64,000 nucleotides of DNA from a virus. A program made the position numbers and the translations under genes. Shown one piece after another: positions 40,013 to 49,673 of the stretch. The notes beneath the pieces were generated by a model, which had not been told where the DNA came from, did not search any database, and worked only from the letters and a program-made list of their open reading frames with translations. The stretch's first letter is position 1; each line of letters starts with the position of its first letter. The stretch spans positions 32,001 through 96,000 of IMG/VR virus record IMGVR_UViG_3300025405_000009. The stretch is one strand, 5' to 3'.

Positions 40013-40692
40013 AAAACAAAAAACGGTGAATTATTCTGAAATCCGCCAATAGAAGTAAGTCCTTCCTTAGTCATCAAATATAAAACACCTTCATCTAGGG
40101 ATTTAAACTTTTTATAAGGCAGGGAGGAAAAAGAATTACTAAGAAAATCTGCATATATTGTACTACCAGAACGTGCAAGATATACATTATTTGAAAGCTT
40201 ATTATAAATCCAAAGACCAAATATGCCTTCAAGTTTAGAGAGTACAGTACATAATGCTGATACTTCATCCTGATTAGTATCAGTTTCTTGACTTAAGAGA
40301 GCAGGTATTACAGAAGAATCTACTTCATTATAGGGTACACCCTTTTTAAGGGTTTTCTTTAGAGCTTTATCATTAGTTAAAACTCCGTTATGAGCTACTA
40401 CCCATGTACCACATACAAAGGGATGAGATGTTTCAGGTTCAAATGTACGAACTGAACTTGTAGGAGCTTGTGTATGTCCGAGATAGTAATAAAAATCTTT
40501 TGGTTTAAGACCAATCTTGTTATCTGTTACTTTCATCTCATCATGCAAGTCTGCTATTCCTTCAATATACATTCGAGCATCATAATCTGAGCTTAAAAAT
40601 AACCCACCGTAAGCAAAACTACCTCGGTCTTTACATTGATCGTAAATATCTGTAAATTCCTTAAAATTATTAGATCCAAAAATAGCACACAT
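40009..40692 (-). CDS. Class II (Ntn) glutamine amidotransferase, stand-alone
   Basis: N-terminal M-C-A-I-F-G nucleophile Cys; RG, LGHTQAPT, HPF, VAHNGVLTN, VDS. Confidence 0.85.
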   Translation of the reverse strand: MCAIFGSNNFKEFTDIYDQCKDRGSFAYGGLFLSSDYDARMYIEGIADLHDEMKVTDNKIGLKPKDFYYYLGHTQAPTSSVRTFEPETSHPFVCGTWVVAHNGVLTNDKALKKTLKKGVPYNEVDSSVIPALLSQETDTNQDEVSALCTVLSKLEGIFGLWIYNKLSNNVYLARSGSTIYADFLSNSFSSLPYKKFKSLDEGVLYLMTKEGLTSIGGFQNNSPFFVL

Positions 40693-40733
40693 TTCATTAA
40701 TATTATACTATAGAGAATAAATAATTCAAGCAT

Positions 40734-41666
40734 ATGAATCGTGATACTCAACTTATTTTTGAAGCTTATAGAAAGAGACAATTAGAACTTTTAACAGAGA
40801 GGGATATTGGTGCAGAGTTTGGACCATCATTAGGTGCAGTTTCCTCAGGTATTTCAGAGCGTGAGAAAAGTGCTGATACATATATTTTTAAACTTCTTAA
40901 ATCTAAGAATCCTGATAAATCACATGATGAAATTGTTAAAATGGTTGTTGAGCCATTATATAATGCAATTTTCATTGATAATAAATTTTCAGCTGAAGGA
41001 TCACATAAAGATCAATTAGCTAAATTACAAACAGCTTTGGAGAATGAATTAGCTAAATCTTATCCAAAAGCTCAATCAAGTTATACTGCTAGAATTATTA
41101 AAAACTTTTTGACCCCTGTTGTTAAGATTTTAGACGCTGAAGCAGGTGATATTGAAGGTGGTAAAGAAGCAGTAAATGCGGTTAAGCAAGCTGTTACAAA
41201 AGCAGCAGCTAAGAATGAAGTAAAAGCACCAGAAGGAGAAGTTGCTGCTGCTGTTAAGGCACCAGCTTTAACTACATTTACAACAAGCGGTATATATGAA
41301 GTAAAAACTTCAGATGAAGTTCAAAAAGAAGGTATTAAATTACCTGAAGATTTGGATAGAATTTTTACACGCTTGCAAGGATTAGAAGGACGCGACGATG
41401 TTACAGGTTCTGAACTAATTGAAGAATTAAAAAATCGTGGAACAGAACCGACAAAAATTACACGATTCCTTAGTGATCTTGTTCGTGCTGGTGTAATTAT
41501 TAAGCCTGTAAATGTAGCAGGTCCATCTTCAGATGAGGGTGTAGCAGGTAGTGATAAGTATCAAGACCGAGAGGAAATGGAAAAGCATAGAGGTGCCGGA
41601 GATTCAACATTACGTGTTAAGCAGTCACCATTTAAGGGAACTGCTGGTGACAGTATGTTTGGTTAA
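40734..41666 (+). CDS. Hypothetical late protein inserted in opposite orientation between the GATase and queC
   Basis: TAAATA at 40718..40723, 10 nt before ATG; MNRDTQLIFEAY...LLTE leader. Confidence 0.7.
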   Translation: MNRDTQLIFEAYRKRQLELLTERDIGAEFGPSLGAVSSGISEREKSADTYIFKLLKSKNPDKSHDEIVKMVVEPLYNAIFIDNKFSAEGSHKDQLAKLQTALENELAKSYPKAQSSYTARIIKNFLTPVVKILDAEAGDIEGGKEAVNAVKQAVTKAAAKNEVKAPEGEVAAAVKAPALTTFTTSGIYEVKTSDEVQKEGIKLPEDLDRIFTRLQGLEGRDDVTGSELIEELKNRGTEPTKITRFLSDLVRAGVIIKPVNVAGPSSDEGVAGSDKYQDREEMEKHRGAGDSTLRVKQSPFKGTAGDSMFG

Positions 41667-42418
41667 ACTTTACCTAGTAAATGATCCCAGGGAATAAGCC
41701 TGGAATACTTAACAGGATCTTCAATACCTGCATCGATAAATCCCTTAAGACGGAGAGCACATGCTGTACATTCTCCGCATGCTTCCTCTAAACCTTCATA
41801 ACAGGTCCAAGTATTAGCAAAATCAACACCGAGAGAAATACCAAGTTCAATAATTTCTTTCTTTGACTTATCAATAAGAGGTGCTTCAATAGTAATTTTA
41901 TTTCTGCGATTGAGAGCATTTACATTATTAATGGCTGTAAGAAATTCTGGTGAACCATCCCAATAACCAGCTACTGAGTCAGCTTGAGCAGCTCCATGAT
42001 AAACTGTATCAGCGCCTACTCCTTCAGCAAATGATGATGCAATACTCAATAACATCATATTTCTAAACGGTACATAATTTACCGTTTGTGGGTCACCCAT
42101 TACATCCTTAGCTTTAGCTACATCAATATTACGATCAAGAAGAGATGATGTTTTAATCAAATTAAAGAACGGAAGTTCAACTACAGTATTAAAATGTATA
42201 TTCTCATCTGTATCTTTATCTCTAATTGCCTCAATCTGCTTTTCAGCACACTCTAGTTCTTTAATATGCCTTTGACCGTAATCAAAGGAAATAGCATATA
42301 CGTTCTTAAAATTAGCAGCAGCATAGTGAAGAAGGACAGTTGAATCCATCCCTCCACTAATTGGAACTACTACCTTATTCTTCTTCTGTTGTGATGGCTT
42401 CTTCGACATGATCTTCAT
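41663..42418 (-). CDS. queC: 7-cyano-7-deazaguanine synthase
   Basis: SGGMDST PP-loop, FDYGQRH..EL, YVPFRN, TWTCY, CGECTAC.LR..GF. Confidence 0.95.
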   Translation of the reverse strand: MKIMSKKPSQQKKNKVVVPISGGMDSTVLLHYAAANFKNVYAISFDYGQRHIKELECAEKQIEAIRDKDTDENIHFNTVVELPFFNLIKTSSLLDRNIDVAKAKDVMGDPQTVNYVPFRNMMLLSIASSFAEGVGADTVYHGAAQADSVAGYWDGSPEFLTAINNVNALNRRNKITIEAPLIDKSKKEIIELGISLGVDFANTWTCYEGLEEACGECTACALRLKGFIDAGIEDPVKYSRLIPWDHLLGKV

Positions 42419-43505
42419 TCATATTATTATACTTGTAATCGTCTGCAAGCTTTTTATCGAGCTCAGGGATAATAAAGTCCTCAAAGAATGAGATATCTTT
42501 TACAAAATTCTTAGCATAACCAAGCTTGTCACCCTTCTTATACTTACCGCAGTCCATACCAACAACATAGGTAGAACCCGTTTGTTCGATAATCCCGCGT
42601 GCTGTAGCCATCTGAAGAAGACCACTGTATTTGTTAAGTCCTGACTTAAACGAAAGGTACATTTCAGCCTCAAGGAATGGAGGTACAAAGCGGTTCTTAA
42701 CCGTAAGAGCTCTAATTGTTGTACCAGAATACTTGTTAGCTTCTGCAAGCTTATCTGTATTAATAGCACCCGAATCACCTTCACCTTCTTTTTCATTTCT
42801 CTTAGCAAGCTGAACCAAAATACTAGCCATATAGACTGGACCTGAACCACCAGATTGAGTCTTAACAAGGGTCGGAAACATCGAACCAGGATCAGAATAC
42901 GTATGATTGGTAAACATAATCGTTACACCAGCTTTACCTGCCTTATAGGTAAGAGTTCTAAGCATTGACTTAAGAGACTTAGCTCTTGTACCCATATCAG
43001 CTGCTGACTTATCCTTTGTAATATCATCAATTTCTTTCTGTGAAGAAAGATTACCAAGACTATCAATACTAATAATAAACTTACCTTGTTGACCAGCTTC
43101 AATTACACTATCAAGGAAAGCTGAAATTTGATTACGGCATTGATCGACTGTATAAACTGGAACATATTTTGTCTTACTAGCATCTAAACCAACACCTCTT
43201 GTTGAGCTTTCATCAATAGCAAACTCAGTATCAAAAATAACAGGAATGACACCTCGCTTCTGAGCATTAGCAAGAATCTTATTAACAACAAATGTCTTAC
43301 CAGTCATTGACTCTCCAGAGAAACCAACAATACGACCTTTAGGAATACCACCTTTACGACAACTACCCCCAAGAATAGCATTAAGAGCATAACACCCAGT
43401 ATCATACCATACATCAACATTAGATAATGCATTTTCATCAAGCATTGTTGCTTCACTATTCATTGCATCTAGTTTCTTAAAAATATTGTCAATCTCTTTA
43501 CTCAT
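42375..43505 (-). CDS. uvsX: RecA-like recombinase UvsX (start probably ATG 43505)
   Basis: DTGCYALNAILGG, GESMTGKT, DTE, IDSLGNL, NHTY, SGG.G..Y, KNRF. Confidence 0.9.
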   Translation of the reverse strand: MSKEIDNIFKKLDAMNSEATMLDENALSNVDVWYDTGCYALNAILGGSCRKGGIPKGRIVGFSGESMTGKTFVVNKILANAQKRGVIPVIFDTEFAIDESSTRGVGLDASKTKYVPVYTVDQCRNQISAFLDSVIEAGQQGKFIISIDSLGNLSSQKEIDDITKDKSAADMGTRAKSLKSMLRTLTYKAGKAGVTIMFTNHTYSDPGSMFPTLVKTQSGGSGPVYMASILVQLAKRNEKEGEGDSGAINTDKLAEANKYSGTTIRALTVKNRFVPPFLEAEMYLSFKSGLNKYSGLLQMATARGIIEQTGSTYVVGMDCGKYKKGDKLGYAKNFVKDISFFEDFIIPELDKKLADDYKYNNMNEDHVEEAITTEEE

Positions 43506-43513
43506 ATTCAAAT

Positions 43514-43541
43514 ATTATAGAACCATAATTAGTATAATCAA
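43514..43541 (-). promoter_or_regulatory. Sigma70-like promoter TTGATT-N16-TATAAT, 8 nt before uvsX ATG
   Basis: -35 at 43536..43541, -10 at 43514..43519. Confidence 0.65.
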
Positions 43542-43544
43542 CAA

Positions 43545-43576
43545 AAAAAATACCCGGCTTTCACCGGGTATTTTTT
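43545..43576 (-). terminator. Rho-independent terminator (possibly bidirectional)
   Basis: AAAAAATACCCGG-ctttca-CCGGGTATTTTTT. The minus-strand loop UGAAAG is identical to that of the 29115 terminator. Confidence 0.85.
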
Positions 43577-43603
43577 ACTGGTTTCTTGAGAGCAGATTAC
43601 GAT

Positions 43604-43960
43604 TTACTCATCAAAAAGCTTTACAACACTAGGGCTTGCTGGTGCAATAAGTGGTGCATCAACAAACAACTTGCTGTACTGGTCGAGAAGACGTGCATCG
43701 TTCTCGACGTTAAGACCGTGAACAGTATTAGCATAGCTATACTTCCACTGTGTGCCCTCTTCCTTATTCTTATCGGAGACGAACTCACGGAAATAAAGAG
43801 GAATTGTTTGTACATTAAGCTGACCCTGTGGGGTTGGCTGAACGTGAATGATTGCTGGGTTCTTGACCACGAACGTAGTTTCGTCTGAAGAGACGAGCTC
43901 GCCGATCGTTGTACGACCGATGTGATCAATGAATGTGATAAGATTTAGTGTATCGCTCAT
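43604..43960 (-). CDS. Small protein, Sm/LSm-like beta-barrel pattern
   Basis: LITF..GRTTIGEL......FVVKNPAII...; own promoter TTGATT-N17-TAATAT and own terminator. Confidence 0.45.
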   Translation of the reverse strand: MSDTLNLITFIDHIGRTTIGELVSSDETTFVVKNPAIIHVQPTPQGQLNVQTIPLYFREFVSDKNKEEGTQWKYSYANTVHGLNVENDARLLDQYSKLFVDAPLIAPASPSVVKLFDE

Positions 43961-43997
43961 AGATGTATATATTAAATACGCGGTATAAAAAAATCAA

Positions 43998-46589
43998 CTA
44001 TTCAAGTCCTAAAAGATCAAATAAATCTGTCTGTGCAGACATAGCAGGATCTTTTAACTTCCAGTTAACAGCATTATAAAAACGCTCAATTACCTGAAAG
44101 ATAATTTTCTTAAAGATAAATTCATAATCAGGCTCAAAGATATCAGCAAACTCCTTAGGGTAATAGTATTTGTATCCAATTACAGAAATACCATATTTGT
44201 TTGGCTTACGAAGATAAAAATACTTAATTTTATCTCCAGAGGAAATTGCTTCATACTTTCGTTCAATATTAAACTTACTAAGTAAAAGATTGTGATAGTA
44301 TGCTGCTTTAACATGAATAGGCATTCTCTTTACAGTTTTAAAGTCCTTACTATTTGAAGCATATTTCTCGTACCCCTTAACGCCCATTACAGAAGCAATA
44401 TCTTCAACGGGTAACGTTTTAAACGTTTCATAAGTTTCTGTAAAAACTTTATTAGCATCAGTAAGAGATTTCGTAGTAAGCATGGTTTCGATAATACGCT
44501 TTACGTAAGGTTTAATCTGCTTGGGCATTGTTGTTCTTACAACTTCAACACCTGTATATTTAAATTTGTTACATGGAATACCTTCTACGTCAAGAAGATG
44601 AAGGACATAACGTTTCTTTTGTAAGAAGATACCGCTATCGGCAATTGCTTCACGCTTGAACACTAATCGACAGTCAGTTGAATTTAAATCAGCTTTACCC
44701 CATTTTACAATTTCAGTATTGAGATGATCTTCAATATCCTGAACCGCCTTATAGTACTCTGTTGTTACATTGCCGTCCTTATCGTATGTTTCAATACCTT
44801 TAGCTTTAATAAGATGCTTGATAGAAATATAACTACTATCAGTATCATTGTAAATAATTGGTGAATTTTCTTTTAGATATTCTTCTGTTAATCCGGTGTT
44901 ATCTTTAATATAATTTGTTAAAATTTGATTAGATTGTTTAATTACAGCCTGACCAGTAAGAGTAATAGATTCAGCAAGCTCATCATCACCAAGGGGACTA
45001 TGCTTATTGCCAAAGTAACCATAGATAGTATTAATAAGAATCTTAATAGTATGCTGACGTATGTTAAGATTATCAATTTCATTTTGAACTTTCTTATAAT
45101 TAGGATCTGTTTCTTTTATATTAATTGCAGCTTTTTTAGCTTTAGTTAATAGCTTTTTAATCTCTACACGCTTTTTATAATAATAATCAACAGTAATTGG
45201 AATAACCCCTTTCTCTTTTTGTGAGAATAATACATTAGCTTTTGAAATAGCAAGTTGTTCAATTTCAATAAAAGTAGCAAATTTTTTATGAGATAGATTG
45301 TATTCCTTTCCATTTACATGTTTAAATACAACTCCGGTTTCAGTCTTTTCAGTAATCTTGCCTACCTTTGTTTCAGGTGATAGGTTGAGAGTAATCATCA
45401 TGTTAGGATATAGACTGTTTGCATCAAACGAAACAATATGTTCTTGAAAGTCTCTCTGTGGTTCACCTACGTACGCACCTGCATTCTTCTGACCGCCTTC
45501 TTTAATCTCTTTAACAAATGTAGGAATTCGTTGATCCTTAGTGCGTGCACGAATAGAGCAAAGACCTGTAATTACTGAAAGTGATCCTAACGCTCCCTCG
45601 AATGTTGTAAGACCGGCATATGCAATCATTCTTAATAGTTGAATGTATTGTAGTTTCTTTTCTAAGTTAATAAGAAGAGTAACGTCCTGAATATTATACT
45701 CAACAAATAACTCCCAGTTTTCTTCTGATAAGCTTGCAAGATCCGTATCACCATAATCAATCTTGCGCTGATCTAATTCAATTTCACCAATTGCATCGAG
45801 TTTATATGACTCACGCAGTACAGGACAAAAGCGCTGATAAATCTGTAAATAGTCAACACAAGATATACCTTCAATATGCCAACGTGTTTGTTCCCTACCA
45901 AACTTACCCATAAATGTACGTGCACGCATTGATCCAATAGGTGAGAGTCTACGAACCTCATCTTCACCTACGATCTTTGTCATACGATTAATAATGTAAG
46001 GTATATCAAAAAACTCTGAGTTCCATCCCGATAAAATATCAGGATAATCTTTAGAAAAGAAATCTAAAAATTTTATATACAACTCACGCTCAGTCTTACA
46101 ATAGATATATGTTGTTTTATCGTTAGCCTTGGTAAATGGTTTTGTACCCCAGACAGTGTATCTTTCAGTAATAGTATCATAGATAGTAATTACATTAATT
46201 GGATCTTGAGGATTATTAATATCTGGAAATGCATCTGGACTATATGTTTCGATATCAATAAAGTGTACCTTCAGTGGATATTGATTAAATTCATCTTTTT
46301 CATTATCCTGCCAAAATGTATCAATAAGAAATTGTTGTTGTACATTAAAATTATCAAAAACACGAACAATACCATTATCTTTAATATACCGAGAGCGTTC
46401 GGATTGATTTTTAAATCTCTTCTTCTTTAACTTAGTATTAAAGATACTCATTGCATCCGGAGCATTATTTGTCTCAAGATAAATGTATGGCTCGTATGTA
46501 GAGGGTAAGGTAATACGATTACCTTGATCATCCCATGTATAAAGATTCATGGTCTGAGTACGAGGTGAGTACGCTACATTTCTAAACAT
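43998..46589 (-). CDS. gp43: Family B DNA polymerase
   Basis: DIET, SGWNSEFFDIPY, YNIQDV exonuclease motifs; SFDANSLYP, KILINTIYG, YNDTDS, KKRY. Confidence 0.97.
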   Translation of the reverse strand: MFRNVAYSPRTQTMNLYTWDDQGNRITLPSTYEPYIYLETNNAPDAMSIFNTKLKKKRFKNQSERSRYIKDNGIVRVFDNFNVQQQFLIDTFWQDNEKDEFNQYPLKVHFIDIETYSPDAFPDINNPQDPINVITIYDTITERYTVWGTKPFTKANDKTTYIYCKTERELYIKFLDFFSKDYPDILSGWNSEFFDIPYIINRMTKIVGEDEVRRLSPIGSMRARTFMGKFGREQTRWHIEGISCVDYLQIYQRFCPVLRESYKLDAIGEIELDQRKIDYGDTDLASLSEENWELFVEYNIQDVTLLINLEKKLQYIQLLRMIAYAGLTTFEGALGSLSVITGLCSIRARTKDQRIPTFVKEIKEGGQKNAGAYVGEPQRDFQEHIVSFDANSLYPNMMITLNLSPETKVGKITEKTETGVVFKHVNGKEYNLSHKKFATFIEIEQLAISKANVLFSQKEKGVIPITVDYYYKKRVEIKKLLTKAKKAAINIKETDPNYKKVQNEIDNLNIRQHTIKILINTIYGYFGNKHSPLGDDELAESITLTGQAVIKQSNQILTNYIKDNTGLTEEYLKENSPIIYNDTDSSYISIKHLIKAKGIETYDKDGNVTTEYYKAVQDIEDHLNTEIVKWGKADLNSTDCRLVFKREAIADSGIFLQKKRYVLHLLDVEGIPCNKFKYTGVEVVRTTMPKQIKPYVKRIIETMLTTKSLTDANKVFTETYETFKTLPVEDIASVMGVKGYEKYASNSKDFKTVKRMPIHVKAAYYHNLLLSKFNIERKYEAISSGDKIKYFYLRKPNKYGISVIGYKYYYPKEFADIFEPDYEFIFKKIIFQVIERFYNAVNWKLKDPAMSAQTDLFDLLGLE

Positions 46590-46595
46590 GCTTTT

Positions 46596-46624
46596 ATTAT
46601 ACAGGCATCTACCTGACAGGTCAA
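46596..46624 (-). promoter_or_regulatory. Sigma70-like promoter TTGACC-N17-TATAAT, 6 nt before DNA polymerase ATG
   Basis: -35 at 46619..46624, -10 at 46596..46601; spacing predicts +1 at or next to the A of ATG. Confidence 0.8.
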
Positions 46625-47848
46625 CTAGCTTATGCCGTTAATTGCGTTTAACAATTTACGCTCTGGATGTCCGTATGGGTAATTAAACAATTCAACGTAT
46701 TTGTTAATATTATCTTCATTTTCTAACCAGCGTTCTTCGGCTGACTTACGGGCCTTAGCACATATATTCATATAACGCCCTTTCTTAGAAAGAACATCAT
46801 CAATAATAGCAATCATCTCTTCACCTGTATTAAACTTAAACGGTGCATCTTTATATGTTACCAGATTTTGACAAGCAATAGGTAAACCATAGCAGTTTGC
46901 CTCTACAAGCTTAAGATCTGATTTTGACTTATTAAAATTATTATCCTGTAAAGGTGCAACTAACATATTAACATTAAGCTTACTAACTTTCTCTGGATAG
47001 GTATAAAGCTGCTCCCATGGATGAAATTCCATCTCACCGTTCTGTACAAATGGATGCAATGGTAATGGATATGCACCTAAAAATACCCATTGATACTTGT
47101 GTCTTGAATCAACGATTGCTCTATTGACATGCTCAAAATCATCTTTTTGTCCAACGCGATTATCTACATCAAAATGGGCACCAGATCCTGCATATAGGAT
47201 TCTTGGTTTATTCTTATAACGATCATAGTTATCAGATACTTTCTTTTCATTATAAAAATGACCCATCCACCACTTTGGTGGATAATTTGGTATTACTGTA
47301 ATATTTTTATTAGAAGTTTTACCCATGTAATACTCCTTCATGAAATCGCAAGTTACAGTTATTTCATCACATAATTCCATAATTTCTTGAGCAGTAGCTC
47401 GAATTTTTGGATCTGTAAAGGCGGGTTTAAATTTATTGTACTCCGGAATATCTTCAGAAAATACAAGATCATCAATTTCGTAAATAAGACGAAACCCCAT
47501 TTGTCTACTAAGATCTTTAAGAAATTTAACAAACTGCAATTGATGTTCAGTGGCTTGACGTTGAATACGTACAACCTGAGCACCTCTAAAATAATTAGGA
47601 TCGAGATTCATAACTGTACTTCCATGTACAGTCATCTTCTGATGAGCGTTGAGTAAATGTTCAGGCCAAATCATTCTCCAAAAACCACAACCACTATAAT
47701 CAGCATAATACTGAAGCACACGTTTTAAATTCATCTCAGGCGGTTGAGGTACTTCCTGTTGTACAGGCTGTGGTGGTAGCATACCTCCACCGAAAGGTGA
47801 TGCACCAAAAGGAGAAACAAAAGGAGAAGTAGGGAATGGATTAAACAT
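46625..47848 (-). CDS. GT-B fold glycosyltransferase-like protein with Pro-rich N-terminus (start probably ATG 47848)
   Basis: ADYSGCGFWRMIWP, RIQRQ, YEIDDL, ITVT, VIPNY, ILYAGSGAH, APLQDNNFNKSKSDLKLVEA..GLP. Confidence 0.7.
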   Translation of the reverse strand: MFNPFPTSPFVSPFGASPFGGGMLPPQPVQQEVPQPPEMNLKRVLQYYADYSGCGFWRMIWPEHLLNAHQKMTVHGSTVMNLDPNYFRGAQVVRIQRQATEHQLQFVKFLKDLSRQMGFRLIYEIDDLVFSEDIPEYNKFKPAFTDPKIRATAQEIMELCDEITVTCDFMKEYYMGKTSNKNITVIPNYPPKWWMGHFYNEKKVSDNYDRYKNKPRILYAGSGAHFDVDNRVGQKDDFEHVNRAIVDSRHKYQWVFLGAYPLPLHPFVQNGEMEFHPWEQLYTYPEKVSKLNVNMLVAPLQDNNFNKSKSDLKLVEANCYGLPIACQNLVTYKDAPFKFNTGEEMIAIIDDVLSKKGRYMNICAKARKSAEERWLENEDNINKYVELFNYPYGHPERKLLNAINGIS

Positions 47849-47861
47849 GAGCTGGTATATT

Positions 47862-49673
47862 TTAAGCAGTATATTCCTTAAAATCAACACGACGGGTAAT
47901 GCCATTTGTCTTTTCTAAGAAAATAATATTACCTGTTGCAGCTTTAATACTTTCTTTACGATGACTAATAACCATAATGGATTCGTTAAATTTTTCAATT
48001 CGTTCCTTGAGAATATTAATAACAAGCTCTACACCTCTTTCATCAAGACTTGAATCAAAAAGCTCGTCGTAAATACTAAAATTAAAACATACATCTCCCT
48101 GTAGCCTTCTAATATCCATAAAAGCAAAAAGACAAGCTAAGTCAACACTCTTTCTTTCAGCTCCACTAAAGTTAAAATAAGAACATTCCTTACCTTTGTT
48201 ATCAACAATCTTTTCTTCAAAGTATTCATTAAATTCACACTTACAGTTTGCATCCATTTTACCTAAGTAGTATGCAAGTTTTGTATTAAAGATTTGAAGA
48301 ATCTTAGTTACGATATATGATTTAACACCTTCTTCAGATACAACAAATTTAGCTACATCATAATTACTAAGAACAGTTTTTAATTGCTCAAGATCATGTT
48401 GAAGTTGAGTACATTTATTTTTTTGTTCATTAATAACATCATCAAATGAAGTAGAGGTTGTCTCGAGTTCGGTTAAATCTTGCTCTAGCATCTTTTGCCA
48501 TTCCTCTAATTGAACTAATCTGTCATTAAGACCTGTAATATCTTTTTCTTCTAAAGCAATATTATGAATGTCTGTTTCAATTGATCTAACTTTTTGTTTT
48601 ACCTCAGACTGCTTAGTTATAATTTGACTTTCTTTTATACTTTGTTCATCAATAAATGCTTCATGATTTTGAATTAAATTATTAATTTTTTTCTTCTCAT
48701 CCTCAATATGACTCTTATCATTGTCTTCTATAATACGTAGACAGGATGGACATTTATCTTTACCTGAAATAACATTCTTAATTTGTTTTTCAAGTTGAGT
48801 AATAAGAGTTTGCTTTTCACTCTTTTGATGTCTAATAGTCTGTAATGTTGTGTCTAATTTTTTTAACCCATCATTAAGTTTAATTATTTTATCTTGTAAA
48901 TCAGTTGTACTTTTTTTAGTAAATGACGCTAGTTTATTACTAATAGTTTGAATTTCATTAGCATTATTTGTTTGACGGTTTTTATATTTTTCAACTTTTT
49001 CATCGCGCTTTCGTATAGCATCTTCTTGTTGAGTTTCTAATACATTTAACGCTCTGGTAGCCTCATCATATCGCGTTGATTCAATATCGAAATCTTTTTT
49101 CTTCTCAAGTATATCACTTTTAAGAAGAGATAACATTTCACTAAACACACCGAGATTAAAAATATCTTCAATAAATCGTCTTTTTTCTTGCTTCTTTTTT
49201 GCCATAAACGGAGTTGTATTGTTTATGGTCATAATTACACAGTTCTGAAATATTTCAGGTGTGCAGTTAAATTTATGCATTATAAATGCATTTGTATTGG
49301 ATATACTGTCTCTAGTCTTATCCTCTCCGTTAATAGTAATAAAACATTTAGAAGGTTCTAACGTTCGTCGTATAACGATCTCTTCTGTTTTGTCGAAGTA
49401 TTTAATGGTGGCTCCCAAAACCACCTCGCAATTCTTCTTATTAATATTATTAATAATATGTTCTTTCTTGAGTTCACGTAATGTTTCACCAAAAACTGCA
49501 AAGTAAATAGCATCAGCAACTGTTGATTTACCAACACCGTTACGTCTATCTTCCTTATCTTTATTTATTCCAGTTATGATATGTAATCCCCGTTGAAAGT
49601 CAACTTCAACTGGTACATTACCTACAGAAAGAAAGTTCTGTATTTTAACATTATTAAAATTTATATACTTCAT
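47862..49673 (-). CDS. gp46: Recombination ATPase, gp46/SbcC/Rad50-like
   Basis: NGVGKS Walker A, CPSC zinc hook, FSGAERKS signature, YDELFDSSLD, VISH. Confidence 0.93.
   Translation of the reverse strand: MKYINFNNVKIQNFLSVGNVPVEVDFQRGLHIITGINKDKEDRRNGVGKSTVADAIYFAVFGETLRELKKEHIINNINKKNCEVVLGATIKYFDKTEEIVIRRTLEPSKCFITINGEDKTRDSISNTNAFIMHKFNCTPEIFQNCVIMTINNTTPFMAKKKQEKRRFIEDIFNLGVFSEMLSLLKSDILEKKKDFDIESTRYDEATRALNVLETQQEDAIRKRDEKVEKYKNRQTNNANEIQTISNKLASFTKKSTTDLQDKIIKLNDGLKKLDTTLQTIRHQKSEKQTLITQLEKQIKNVISGKDKCPSCLRIIEDNDKSHIEDEKKKINNLIQNHEAFIDEQSIKESQIITKQSEVKQKVRSIETDIHNIALEEKDITGLNDRLVQLEEWQKMLEQDLTELETTSTSFDDVINEQKNKCTQLQHDLEQLKTVLSNYDVAKFVVSEEGVKSYIVTKILQIFNTKLAYYLGKMDANCKCEFNEYFEEKIVDNKGKECSYFNFSGAERKSVDLACLFAFMDIRRLQGDVCFNFSIYDELFDSSLDERGVELVINILKERIEKFNESIMVISHRKESIKAATGNIIFLEKTNGITRRVDFKEYTA

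Noticed and set aside
26279-46589. Inteins or introns in terminase, helicase, primase, UvsX or DNA polymerase
   Set aside because: Lengths are normal and motifs contiguous; no intein C/S...HN junctions seen
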